A program made the translations under genes and the position numbers. This document shows positions 11,995 through 24,401 of a stretch of DNA of 64,000 nucleotides, in pieces (the stretch's first letter is position 1; each line of letters starts with the position of its first letter). Origin of the DNA: Gekko japonicus (taxonomy: Eukaryota); the NCBI RefSeq assembly GCF_001447785.1, contig NW_015165268.1:532688-596687 (forward strand), written 5' to 3'. Under the pieces are notes generated by a model. The model saw only the letters and a list, made by a program, of their open reading frames with translations, was not told the origin of the DNA and ran no database searches.

Positions 11995-13590
11995 GACTTC
12001 TGGTCTACAGAACAGCAATGGCGGATGCTCTCCCCACAATGGGAAAGGGTGAATTGCACACCAGCGGCCTGGAGGAGTGCCACCTCAAGTGACACCCCCG
12101 TGGAGCCTTTGCGACGGGCTCTAGGCCAGAGGGCTTTTGAGGGGTAGCATCTTCGACGGCGTAATGCGAGAGAATTGAGGCTCCCCTCCGCCCCGATGGT
12201 CCAGTTGCTGAGTGGCCTTCAGGCACAAGCTGAACTGACCGGGACAAGCACCGGAGATTGAGCGGAATGGCGAACAACAGAGCGCGATCAGAAATTGACT
12301 GACAATGAACGTGAGTTCTGGAAAAACGGAGTAGTTTGAAAAGTGACCGCAAAGAGGGACGCCTCTTATGTGAATGAACGGATAATGGACACGAAAGGGG
12401 AGAGGGGAGGAAATAAAGCGAAAGTCAGAGTCCAAAACCAGAAGAGGGAGCAGATGTCTACAAACTCCTGGCAGATATGCTTAAGCCGGTGATGGAACAG
12501 CTCGATGGTATTAACCAGCAATTGACCGTAATGAATAAAAACTTTGCAGCACAGCAGCTTCAGCTGAATGAAACAGGGAAAAAAGTGGAGCAGGCAAACG
12601 AGAAAATTAAAGAGATAGACACCACAAGCAAGAAGTTGAAGAAAAGGTTGGGAGATGTGGAAATGAAGCAGAATTGCCAAGAGAATCGAGTTATGCAGCT
12701 GCAGATGGAAAAAGCCAACATGATTCTCAGGTTTCAGGGAGTTCCTGAAATGGATCGGGAAGACTTGAAGAAGGTGCTCAGTGAGATTATCGCTCCAGTA
12801 ATGAGCTTAACAGCGGAAGAGCTTGTAAACGAAATGGCGTTTGCCTATAGGGCATACTCCAATTACATTAATAAAAATAGTCTACCTGGAGAAATAGTGG
12901 TCAGGTTTTCAAGAAGACAAACTAGAGATGCCATTCTGAAAGCAACATCAGCAACTCCACTGAAAATGGGAAATGTAACCATTAAAACTTTAAAAGACAT
13001 TCCATTTGAAATCAGACAAAAGAGGAAAAATTACAGGGACTTAATTTCTTTTCTTCAAAGTAATGGAATTTCGTACAGATGGGCGGTCCCAGAGGGTGTC
13101 ATCTTTAAGATCAACGATAGAAGAGAGAAGATAGATTCCACTTTTAAAGCTAAAGAATTTTTAAAACGTCAGCTGGGGACAGATGATGAGTCCAAAGTAG
13201 GAGAATCGGTCTAGTGACTCTGCTACCTCGGGAATGGAAGAGGATTCTGCGGCAGAAAAGGGTGCAGGACCTGCCAGAGTGGTATACGATATTAGAGACA
13301 GAAAGCCGAAGTAAAGGCAGAAGGACTTGGAAAAGGGCCTTTTGAAGCGAAGAATAAGTAGATGATCAGAGACTTCTCTCATAACAACTAACAAAATAAC
13401 ATATAAATAGCGAATTGTTATAAGCAAGAATTCTACAAATATATTGTGATAGTAAAACTAATTGTACTAACATTTTTACTAACAGTGAAAAGATCTCCTC
13501 CTCTTGGGGTTTTAGTTTAGTGTGGTTTAATTTAGTTTCCTTTATCCTTAGTTGTAGTCCCTTCCCTAATATTTCTTTGTAGTTTTGGTA
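11995..13590 (+). mobile_element. ORF1-only L1-derived retroelement (half-L1/HAL1-like), copy A
   Basis: CpG-rich 5'UTR starting gacttctgg...caatggcgg (YY1-like), ORF1 at 12477-13214, then a short AT-rich 3'UTR resembling that of copy B. No ORF2. The 3' end abuts a Sauria SINE and no TSD is visible. Confidence 0.75.
12477..13214 (+). CDS. L1 ORF1p-like RNA-binding protein (coiled coil, RRM, C-terminal domain), transposon-encoded; open core with probable frameshifts at both ends
   Basis: Heptad-rich N-terminus, LRFQGVPE RRM start, PGEIVVRF, DIPFEIRQKR, YRWAVPEG. An acidic/basic tail continues in another frame to TAA at 13312-13314. Out-of-frame ATG at 12385. Confidence 0.85.
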   Translation: MLKPVMEQLDGINQQLTVMNKNFAAQQLQLNETGKKVEQANEKIKEIDTTSKKLKKRLGDVEMKQNCQENRVMQLQMEKANMILRFQGVPEMDREDLKKVLSEIIAPVMSLTAEELVNEMAFAYRAYSNYINKNSLPGEIVVRFSRRQTRDAILKATSATPLKMGNVTIKTLKDIPFEIRQKRKNYRDLISFLQSNGISYRWAVPEGVIFKINDRREKIDSTFKAKEFLKRQLGTDDESKVGESV

Positions 13591-13591
13591 A

Positions 13592-13913
13592 GTAAAGGTA
13601 AAGGTTTCCTTGCTCGAAAGCCAGTCGAATCGGACTCTAGGGTTGTGGTGCTCATCTCCATTTCAAAGCCGAAGAGCCAGCAATGTCCGAAGATGTTTCC
13701 GTGGTCATGTGGCCGGCATGACTAAACACCAAGGTGCACGGAACGCTGTTACCTTCCCACTGAAGTGGTCCCTATTTATTGCTTTTGAACTGCTTTCGAA
13801 CTGCTAGGTTGGCAGGAGCTGGAACTAGAGACGGGGGCTCACTCCATCATGTGGCAACTCAGGTCTCAAACTGCTGAACTACCGACTTTCCACAGCCTGC
13901 AGTTCAGCATCTT
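13592..13913 (-). mobile_element. Sauria SINE
   Basis: (ACCTTT)n tail seen as aaaggtaaaggt. Diagnostic body ggtcatgtggccggcatgactaa...gctgttaccttccc...ctgctttcgaactgctaggttggcaggagctg. Confidence 0.93.
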
Positions 13914-14449
13914 AAATAAGGGATTGCAGGTATTGCTAAAGGAAGAGTGGGAGGTTGCAAAGGCATTGAATGAAAATGTTCACTTCTTTTTATTTTGGAA
14001 AATATCTGCTGTTTTGGAGAATGCAGCCAGAAGAAGTCAAATATAAGTGATAACAGATTAAATTTTAGGGAGAACAATCAAATTTTAAAAATATCAAAAT
14101 GCAATCCTAAATAGAGTTACAGCCTTCTAAAACTATTGCTTTCAACAGCAATCTTACTGATCGCCCATCAAGCCTGAAAGTAAAAGTGTTGCTGCTGAAT
14201 GCCAGTCCAGTTCAAAACAAAGCATCCCTCATCCAGGACTTAATACTGAGTGGGGAGGCTGACCTGCTATGTATCACAGTGATCTGAGTGGGTGAAGAGG
14301 GAGAGGTGGCTCTCTTACACGTTTGTGTTCCCTCCCCCTATGCATCATCACCCTCGGCTTGCTGGGGTGGCGGTGGCTGTAGTTTATTGGGATTCTGTGG
14401 CACTCACCAAATGCTTTGTTAGCAATAGCCCAAATTTTCATTCTATGTC

Positions 14450-16085
14450 CCTTATGTTGGGGCCTTGGGACAGAACAGAGATTCTATTGGTGTATGACCC
14501 ACAACCATGAAATCCCTGGGAGAGGTCATCTGTGAATTTGGAGTGAGGTGTCGCCAGTATGTACATAATACCCAGCAGAATTTCTCCTTAACAGCTAAGC
14601 AAGGTGGGTCTATGGAAGTCTGGAACAGATGCCTGGAGAAGGAAATGGGATAGATGATGGCCAATAAACTGAAGCTCAGGCTTGACAAGACTGAGGTGCT
14701 GCTGGTCAATAGAGAAGCAGCTTGGGGATTACAGAGTTAGCCTGACCTGGAGAGGGTGCATAGCTTAGGGGTGCTACTGGATCCTGGCCTACAGTTGGAG
14801 GCTTGGGTCTCCTCTGTAGCATATAGCACCTTGCATCAGCTCCAGCTGGGTTGCCAGCTACAGCCATTCCTTGAAAAGCATGATCTGGCCACAGTAATCC
14901 ATGCTCTGATCACATCCAGGTTAGATTACTATAATGTGCTCTAGCCTCGGTCACACAGAGCATTTGCCGTGCTAAAGAGACAGATGATAGGCGGATTTTC
15001 TGGGCACGATCACACTGCAACATCTAGGAAGCGTAGTGCTCCCGTGGCTAACCTGTGGCTTCCTGCCGAAGATGCGGCTTAAAAAACTAGTACCTATGAG
15101 GTACTAGTTTCTGAACAATGCGGGGCAAGGGCGGGCATCTGATCACATCCCGTCCTAGTCCCGTCCTAGTCCCGTCGCAAACCGGTTACTTTTTTTTTCA
15201 GTCTGCACAGGATGTGCACAAACGATCATGGGCATGTGCATCTTCTGGTGAAAAAAAAATTCCCGATTGCCACGGAAGCGGCGCCTAGTGATTGCTGGTG
15301 TGATTGCACCGTGCCGCTTCTTTGCCATGCTGCAGGATAGTTGTATGATTGGCACCTCCCCCCTAACCACAGGACCTCGATGGGACGTCTGATCGGGCAG
15401 CTGCGCGTTATTTTGCTCCGGGGCAAACAGCCATGCTCCCCCCCCCCGCATTTTCCAGCCGGTGTGACCGGAGCCATAGTTCTGCTTTTGAAAATGGTCT
15501 AAAAATTTCTGTTGGTCAAAAATGTGGCATCCAGGCGATTGTCAGGGAATTGTCATAGGGAATGCATCACCCCTGTGCTGAAAGATCTGCACTGGCTACC
15601 CATCTGTTTCTGGGCACAATTCAGAGTGCTTCTTCTTTTAAGGTCCTAAATGGCTTGGGGATAGGGTCCACCTCCTCCCATATTATTGAACCCACCAGTT
15701 AAGATCTGTCTCTTGATCTCTACTCTTTGTGCTCCTGCCTTCAGAGGTGAGGTAGGTAGTGACAAGAGACCAGGCATTTTCTGTGGTGGCACCTCACCTT
15801 TGGAACACCCTCCCCCTTGAGGCTTGCCTGGCACCTATTTTTACTTTTTTTTAAGGATCCAGGCCAAACATCGTTTTACCCAGGCTTTTAATTAGGGGTT
15901 ATTATCTTATTGGCTTGTTAATGATCATCTACTGTTTTATGGATAGTTGTTATATTGCTTCTGTACAATGACTTGTTTTGAATGGCTTGATTTTAGAGGC
16001 TTGTTTTTGATATTGTAGTTATTTTGACTGTAAGCTGCCTTGAGCAGAACCCTGAAGAGGGGCATAAAAATAAGTACATAAACAA
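14450..16085 (+). mobile_element. Degenerate L2 LINE split by a MITE
   Basis: SLGVLLDPGLQLEA...DLATVIHALITSRLDYYNVL before 14943. The ITPVLKDLHWLPICFWAQFRVL region resumes after 15475. Typical L2 tail at about 16030-16085. Confidence 0.88.
14943..15475. mobile_element. PIF/Harbinger-type MITE, CpG-rich
   Basis: TIR cggtcacac / gtgtgaccgg. Inverted homologue of 58791-59332. Confidence 0.8.
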
Positions 16086-16229
16086 ACAAACGAACATATA
16101 ATTCTGCATAGGATGGCACTGCGAATCACTGGGTATTGATAACATATACCCAAGAGTTTTTAAGGGACTCAGAAGCAAAATTGTTAATCTCTTAACAAAT
16201 ATACAATTAATTTCTACTTTTAAATTTCC

Positions 16230-16428
16230 TTCATTTATATCCTGCCTTTTTCTCCAATGGGGACCCAAATTGTCTTATACCATTCTCCTCTCCTCCATTT
16301 TATCCTCCCTATAACATTTTAGAGAGTATGACTGGCCCAAGGTCACCCAGCAAGCTTCTGTGGCAGAGTGGGGATTCAAACCTGGGTCTCACAGACCTTA
16401 GTCTAACACTCTAACCACTACACATTAC
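16230..16428 (-). mobile_element. tRNA-derived SINE (Squam3/MIR-like)
   Basis: gactggcccaaggtcacccagcaagcttc...ggattcaaacctgggtctc...ctctaaccactacac. Related copies at about 11190-11280, 33255-33355 and 35355-35530. Confidence 0.7.
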
Positions 16429-18510
16429 TGTGTGTCCTGATTGTAGGTCTTCCTAGCCAATCTGTAAAACAAGGTGATGGCTGGACTAGATGCACATTGA
16501 GCTAATCCAGCATGACTGCTCTTACTTTCATTCTAATATCTCATAATCACATTTATAGACATTTTGGATAGTCAAGACATGATAGAGAAGTCCTTCCTTC
16601 TACTGATACTGCTGGAATTTGAAATCAAGGTGCATAAATAAAGTTTACCTAGTTTGCAATAGTCAGCTGTAGTTCAAGGCTGTCTCTGAAATAGGTTTTG
16701 TGTTCATGATATAAACAACAAATATTATTAGTATATGTGCCAATCTTGCCCCTGAGCAGTCTGCATTCCTCACATTTGGCACTCAGAAATGCAGCTTCTC
16801 TGTTGGTGCATGTTCATTGATTGCTGAAATTGATTTGCACTTTTTAGTCGACTTGAGCAATCAGTGTGGCATGGAATTTCATGTACATCATCAATGGCAG
16901 AGCATGCATCTTGTAAATGTGACCTTTAAAACAACTAGCTACACATCTGGCTGATCCCCCATTAAAGAAACCCATAACCCATTTGAAAACAATTTTTTTA
17001 GCTAATGAACAACCAGCCAATTCCCAAAAAGCAGTACAAGAATTCACATGCATTAAGGAAAGTCAATCAATTTAGAATTCTTTTTAAAAAGGGTTTTTAT
17101 TTTAGTGACCAGTTGAAATGTGAGCTTTTACCACTGTCCCTGTGGTCCCATTAAATGCAATTCAGAGACAACCTTATTCTTGTCTGCGGTGTGGTAACAA
17201 AAAAACCCCCACAGTCCAAACCTGGGACTGGTGCATATCATTTCTATAATGTATGTGTACCCTATATACACCGGGGGGGGGGGGGTAATCAAGGTATTCA
17301 TTAAATCCTTTATTATTATTTTCTAATCCCAATACATTTTGCTTGTGGCTTAGTCAGGGGATGGCAAAACTGAAAGTTTGAGTGCACAGTTTTTCCTCTA
17401 GGGTCAACTCCCAGTCTTTGTGAGCATTTGAGAAAAAAGGATCTATCATAAATTCATCATTATATGCTAGAGCTCTGCTGTTCTACCATGTGCATTATGC
17501 TAGCTCATTCCTATGAAGCTTAAGATGCATTCTCTACCAAATAGCACGTCTGAATGCCTGGTTCAGTGGGCGTTATAAACATCTGTGGGCTCTGGCGATT
17601 GCTAGATATCCCTAGGTATTGCTCTCAGGGTACTCAAAATGTCTGTTTTGAAACAGCTTTTGTTCTGTAAACTCCAGGCAGCATTAAGCTATATACTGCT
17701 TTGGATCCAAAGTTTGTTTTTTCATATGATGCATTCCTAACCACAGCTACAATAGTTGATTTGGCAGCCATTATCATATCTCACAAATTGCCCGTCAAAA
17801 TATTACTATGTATCAAATGAAAACTCTCCACCACTTTTTTTTAGTATATATCCATGTTATCACTCTCAATGTGTAAGGAAAACAAGTCAGTTCTTATTTT
17901 GATGCCAACAGCAAATGGTTGGTAACCAAATGCTTGCAGCAAATTGTCCTGTGATAAGCTTAGCATGTGATAAATCACTGTAGACAAATTGCACGGCTGA
18001 GCATCGCTTACCATGAATTAATATCTCTCCTACCTACAAGCCTTCATCATTTTGAATTACAGGATTGCAAGTCTCAGTAGTAGGGTGCTCCTGGTACCCT
18101 CTTTTTGACAGAGAATCAGCACTTAGGAAAATTCAGCTCAGTCCTAGCTTTGGTGTATCTTCAGATGTCATAACAGGGCCTGCCCAGCCAGGAGGAGTGT
18201 AAATTATATGACGGCAACAAGATGAAGATGTGTTGCTAGTGGAAAATTTATGTGAAGAAAAGGGAGGGGGGAGCTTAACCCAACAAAATGAAATCAAAAA
18301 CCACAAAGGTAAGTTAAAAAATAAGTAAGGGGCCAATAGTTAAAACTTAAATATAGAATAATTATAAGTAAAAATACATGCATTTATTGCAGGGACTTTT
18401 AAAAACATACAAGGGCCCATAACATGATAAAAGTAACAAGAGGAAATACTTATGACCTAATGCATTTCAGCCCAGAAGGGCCTTCCTCATTACATTCAAA
18501 GGTGCATATA

Positions 18511-18639
18511 GGCTGCGGTCACACACACTAAATAATCCACTTTCAATGCACTTTCCAACTGGATTTTGCCAGTTCACACAGTAAAATCCAGTTGGAAAGT
18601 GCACTGAAAGTGGATTATTTAATATGTGTGACCACAGCC
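18511..18639. mobile_element. Palindromic Harbinger-type MITE (129 bp)
   Basis: Near-perfect hairpin ggctgcggtcacac...gtgtgaccacagcc with 3-bp TSD ata/ata. Confidence 0.88.
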
Positions 18640-18962
18640 ATAGACTCCTGCTACAATCAAAAGGCAGTTAACAAGTTGATATAGGACCAAAAAAGGAATC
18701 AAATGACACAAAAATATAATTTGTGAGGCCTCCTTGAAACTAGCCTTGCATCAGTTACAAATGCATACAAGCTGAGTAATGTTGTATGTGTATGCCTTCC
18801 AGTTTAGTGAAGGCCCATTGACTCTGATCAGGTAGTTTCACCCATACTTTCTGGACCAAAATTGAAAGGCATGCACACGGAACATTACTCAACTTGTTTG
18901 CATCTGCAATTGACACAAGGCTAGTTTCAAGGAGAGTTTGGTCATTTTTATGGTGGGACAGC

Positions 18963-19560
18963 AAGAACATGAGAACATAAGAGAAGCCATGTTGGAACAG
19001 GCCAATGGCTCATCCAGTCCAACACTCCGTGTCATACAGTGGTCAAAACCCAGGTGACATCAGGAGGTCCACCAGTGGGACACAAATTCCAGAAGCCCTC
19101 CCATTGTGCCCTCCCAAGCACCAAGTATACAGAGCACCACTGCCCCAGACATACTGTTCCATCTATACATTGTGGCTAATAGCCAATGATGGACCTCTGT
19201 TCCATATGTTTATCCAGTCCCCTCTTGAAGGCTGCTATGTTTGTAGCTGCTACCACCTCCTGCGGAAGTGAATGCCATGTGTTAATTACTCTTTGGGTTA
19301 AGAAGTGCTTCCTTTTATCTGTTCTAAACCTACTGCACATCAATTTCACTGAGTGCCCACAAGTTCTTGTATTGTGAGAAAGCGAAAAAAGTACTTCTTT
19401 CTCTGCCTTCTCTATCCCATGCATAATTTTGTAAACTTCTATCATGTCACCCCTCAGTTGTCACTTCTCCAAGCTAAAAAGCCCTAACCTTTTTAACCTT
19501 TCTCCATAGGTAAAGCGTTCCATCCTCTTAATCATTTTAGTTGCCCTTTTTGCACCTTTT
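18963..19560 (-). mobile_element. CR1 LINE 3' fragment
   Basis: MIEVYKIMHGIEK...TRTCGHSVKL...FLTQRVINTWHSLPQEVV, with the CR1 3' end ttcttgct/ttctcatgttct. Confidence 0.95.
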
Positions 19561-21689
19561 CAAAACTGCATTTTCCAAGTTCTTGCCCATCTCTACTCAT
19601 GACTTGCTAAAATTGGGGCTGGCACAAAGCAACACTCCAGCCCTATAGGCTGGGAACTAAATTTCCTCCAGCAACTAAGAAGTGGGGAAAAAATGTACAG
19701 TAGTAGTCACAACATTAAAAATAATTTAAATCTAATGCCTTTGGGAAATAAATGTGGAAACTTACAGGGAAAGAAGCAGGTTGTTAGATTTCAGGGACAG
19801 ACTAGGTATGGAGGAATTAAGAGAGTTTCTCTTAACAGCTCTACTTGACAAGGACATTGCCCACCCAGAATAATTAACCTATCTTCCTACCAAACAGGAT
19901 CATAATAGTTGCTGATTTTATGCTCAGCGTACATTTTCTGTCAATCAGTGCACCATCTCACTGAATGTAAGAGGGCTTTCTGATTTCATATAGCACAGTC
20001 TCTGTTTGATGAGCTGTTTCATTCTCTGTGATTGCACCCACTGCCTTCAGGCAGGGGTAAAGGCTTTGCTCGCCCACACAGTACAGTAGAATAGAGAAGG
20101 GATAGAGAGGCTTTGCCTCAGGCTACATTTCACAGCCTCATTTTAAATTGTGGCAAAGTGTTTATGATCCAATTCCTGAATTAATTTTAGAATATGTCCT
20201 AGTGAACCCAGAATTCAGAAAGAGCAGACTGCAGTTCAAAGAGAAATTTTGGTTAAAATGAATGAATGGAACGAGTGCAACTTCAAACAAGACGCGGCTA
20301 ATGCATCTTACTGTAATATTATTTACTAGTCACAGATGTCTTTTAAATTTTCCATTAAAATATCAAGGAGAATTAATTGTGACAATGCTTTTCTACAAAT
20401 CAACATTTGTCTGTCACACATCAGCACCCTTAATTGACAGCACTGTGAAAACAGCAAACAAAAACGAAGCTCTCAGTAACTATTGTTGAAAACGTAGGGC
20501 TGCTTGAGCTAAGTGGGAGGCAGCATTTGAAATGCACTCTCTCTCCTGCCTGTCTGCCACAGAAACTGTCAAGGAAGCCTTAAGAAGATTTTGTGTCTTA
20601 CTTGGAAATTGGCTAGTCATGGAAGGTTTTGAAAAATATTTCTTTCCCAAAGACCTCAAGATGTGGGTGAAGAGACTTTCATGTAAATTATTCTCTCTGA
20701 CTATTACTCCCAGTTTTCAGTAAACCTTCATAAAATTCCACCGAACCCTGAGCTCAATATAGCAGCTACCTTACTTTTTAAAATTTAATCCATTGCAAGC
20801 TTGGATTTAGACCCCCACAGAACAAGCACAGCATGAGCAATTTTAATATATCCTACTACAGCAAATATATTATAGTTACAGCTTCAGGTAAATATTGTTT
20901 ATAAACAAAAGAAAAAACGGAGAAGGAAAAAACACATCCCCCTCCCCATTCATAACTTGTTTCTACATTTCTGGCAACCAGTTGTGTACAATGCAACTGG
21001 TTAAATATATGAAAATATATGTACAAAAATAATAATACAGAAAAGCTTCTTTTATACTCTTTTATACTGTTTGCAAAGGAGTTGGAATTTTTTTGCAAAG
21101 ACAGGTTACACAAAACTGAAAATTGTTTTTTTGTCTCAGAAAATCTTTCCCCAAGGCTTTGTCCAGTTCTGTTTCTTTAATGCTGTAGAAGCTTGAAAAC
21201 TTCTGCAACAATAAAGTAACATATCTCCTTAATTCTAGCATACCAGGAACGTTACTAAAATTAACTCTGGAATCAGAACATGACCAATTTGCCTTAGCAT
21301 TTAGTTCCAGCAGTTTGTTTCCATCACCACCACCACCAATATCAATACATAAGCATGCACTGGATAGAGAACTGCCAAACTAGCAGCCTTGGTGTGATGG
21401 TGCATGATTTCATCAAGGTGTTTTGCCAATTCACTCAAGTGCACATGCATGTCAGTAAAGAGAGGCCAAAGAAGTTCCTCTCTTCTGAATCCCATGTCTC
21501 CAGGCTCACCAGGACCTCCCTACAAAGATACCTGAAAAACTGCAACCAATCCAAATGGGATTTCAAATGGGGTGTCAATGTGCTACCTTTATACATTGTT
21601 AAGGAGAGGTGGATAGTGTTTAAAGTCAGCACAGGCTGCACTGGGTAGCTTCCTACCATGCATGCCCTTCAACACAAGGAAATTAGTAC

Positions 21690-22649
21690 TTGAGATGCAC
21701 ACTTGGATATATCTGGTCTGAAAATATACCAGAAAAAACAACTCACTGGTATTTGTGGGGTATATTCTGGACCTGGATGCACATTAGGGAATCCTGGCCA
21801 ATACCTGTATCCCAGTCCTGAATATTCCAGAAGTATCTGGGAATGACCAGGGCCAATGTTTTAAAGTGCCAGCATTAGTGGGGGTTTTGTTTTTGTTTTC
21901 TGCAAGTTTCCTGACTAACAGGAGGAGTCTTGTTAGGGGATCTTAGTTAGGGGAAGTGACAGGCAAATAGGATCTTAGGGGAAGCTTGTCAGGTTGCTTC
22001 TGCTGGGATTCTCTTATTTCACATTGGTTCTGTTGGGCTTGTGCTATCATATTTGTCCTGGGTTCTGCTTGGCTTTTGTGGTTTGACATTGGTTCTCTTG
22101 GCCTATACGTTCCTACTTCAGTTGCTTTTGCTTGGATTCTCTGGTGTAACATTGGATGTGTTATGCTTACCACACTGGTCTGTGTTTCCAGTGGGATTCT
22201 CTGTTTGATGGTGGTTTTCTTGGGCTTGTTGGTTCTATTTCCATTGGGAGGCTTGTGACCAGTGGTTGCTTGCTCTTGTGTGTCTATTTTTTGCCCTGGA
22301 GAAATCATGGCATTTTTTTCACCATAGGAAACAATGGAGGATACCTGGGAGCATGGAATTGGGCATCTTGGTCCAATTCACTTGAAACTTGGAAATCCTT
22401 TAGTGGATAGGCAGCATCAGCTCTGTGGCAATTGTGATGTCATTTGATCAAAAAACTGCTTCTCCAGTCCCCCAGAAATATTCCCCATAGAGGATATAAG
22501 ACACAAATAAAGTTTACATTACTTGGGGGGGTGGAATCTGAATATTGAACTGGTACTGGAGACCTGAGTAATCTGGAATATCCATAATTATGCCCTCCAT
22601 GAAAGCTGGATCCAAAACACCTGCTCTTTTTTCTGGTTGCACATCCCTA
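21690..22649. mobile_element. Non-autonomous hAT-like element (same family as 9191-9964)
   Basis: Ends gcacatcccta. Shared T/G-rich core and ccataggaaacaatgga motif. Confidence 0.65.
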
Positions 22650-22908
22650 GTTGCTACTGTTACTTCTTGTAAATGTCTGGATCACAGGAAAAGGTCCTTT
22701 ATACCAATCACTGTGCCACCAATAGTTCAGTTTATTTAACTTTTGAAGGTGCCTTCTCTTGCTTTACCTCCTTAATTTTTAATCAGCATAAAGGGTGTTT
22801 AAATAGTCATAGTAATTGCATTTGTCATTTGAATAGAATGCTTTCTTGTTTCACAACTTTGTGTATGATGTTCACAAGCAGAGAAAGAGGCTCAATTTGT
22901 TAAACCTG

Positions 22909-23059
22909 GGCTGCGATCACACACACTAAATAATCCACTTTCAATCAACTTTAAGTGAACATTCCAACTGGATTTTACTGAGTGAACTGGCAAAATCCAG
23001 TTGGAAAGTGCACTGAAAGTGGATTGGAAGTGGATTATTCAGTCTGTGTGATCGCAGTC
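22909..23059. mobile_element. Palindromic Harbinger-type MITE (same family as 18511)
   Basis: ggctgcgatcacacacactaaataatccac...gtggattattcagtctgtgtgatcgcagtc. Confidence 0.85.
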
Positions 23060-24401
23060 ATATTGATGTAAAGAAGTAAGCCCTCTTGGAAAGCAAGAGC
23101 TAGACTCTGTTTAGGTTCACTTTCTCCTCTCTTCTCTTCTGACATTTTAATGTGGAACCAACTTCTCTATGTTGGTCTCAGCAGGCCAAATAAACAAGTT
23201 TCGGGCCTGCTCCTAACCACCTGCATTTGTGCAGCAGCTTAAATTCCCATCTACTTTAATGTCACATGAATCCTGTCCTTGCCTTTTGAATACTTTTGGA
23301 TCATTAGCTTCCTGGATCCTTGGATCCCTGCCTGGGGAACTGGACCTTTGCCAAACCTGCATGGATATCTTAGTATAGCCTTTGTTTTACCCTTCTACTG
23401 TACCCCTTTGACCTCTTACTTCCCCCTTCTTAAATATGTTCCACAGTGTGTGTTATTGCTTAGAATATTTGGTGTTTAATGTGGGCTATCTAGGTTCAGG
23501 CCCCCACTATTACCAACAAGCCAGCCAGCAGTTCTAACATCTGGCCTCCACCACTGTGCTCAGGAAGACCATTGAGTGGCAAACTGTTTGGCTGTAAGGT
23601 ATTTCCAGCATGCCATCTTATGGACCCAATGTATCAGCACTAGCACTTTATGAGTCTATGTTTTTACTGTATTTGAAATTTTAAATGGATTTTATGTGAA
23701 TTGAATGGTCATTTGTAGACCAACTACGTAAGCTGCCCTGAGTCTGCTTGCGGGGAGGGTGGGGTATAAATTGAATAAATAGATTAAAAAATAGATAAAA
23801 TCACTTTGATTGCTTGAGTTTCTAATTTTTTCAGACTATGTCTTTGTATTATCCCTTTCAATATATTACATTTCTGATTTCACTGTATCTTACTTGTCAG
23901 TGCTCCATCCAAACTTGTACAGGAACCTTGCCACTTTGTCAACATATCCCTTGAGGTCAATTGCTGCCTAGAGTTCATTTGGAGGGTGGTTCCTTTAAAC
24001 TGGGTGTAGAGACTAATCCAGAGGCTCCTTTAGCACAGGAATGAAAGGCAGGAGGGTTTGGGGGGTTTTCCCTGTCTTCTCTGGCTATTTTAGCATATCT
24101 TAGAGTTGAATTGGAAACTGAATACACCACATTCACACATACATGCATCTAATGTACAGGTGTCTTCCTGAGCCCACCTGATAACAGAATTGTCAGCCTC
24201 AGTCTTAGGGTTCTGAGAGCCTTGACTACCATTTCAGAAACCAAGGCAAAGCCTTGTATTGATTATGTGTAGCTGCAAATGAACCCATGCTCTCAAACTT
24301 GAAATGAAACCATAGCCTTCTAAGCACGCTGTTCTTCTTTTGGGCTTTTTCTTTAGTACTGACATCCATGATGCCATCTTTTCACAATTATGCTGCTCAT
24401 T

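Noticed and set aside
12477-13214. Domesticated L1TD1-like host gene
   Set aside because: It sits in a retroelement-like unit inserted in a DNA transposon, has probable frameshifts at both ends, and has a TSD-flanked relative in the same window.
21943-22410. Hydrophobic membrane-protein-like ORFs (also 9374-9607)
   Set aside because: They arise from the T/G-rich low-complexity core of a repeated non-autonomous transposon.
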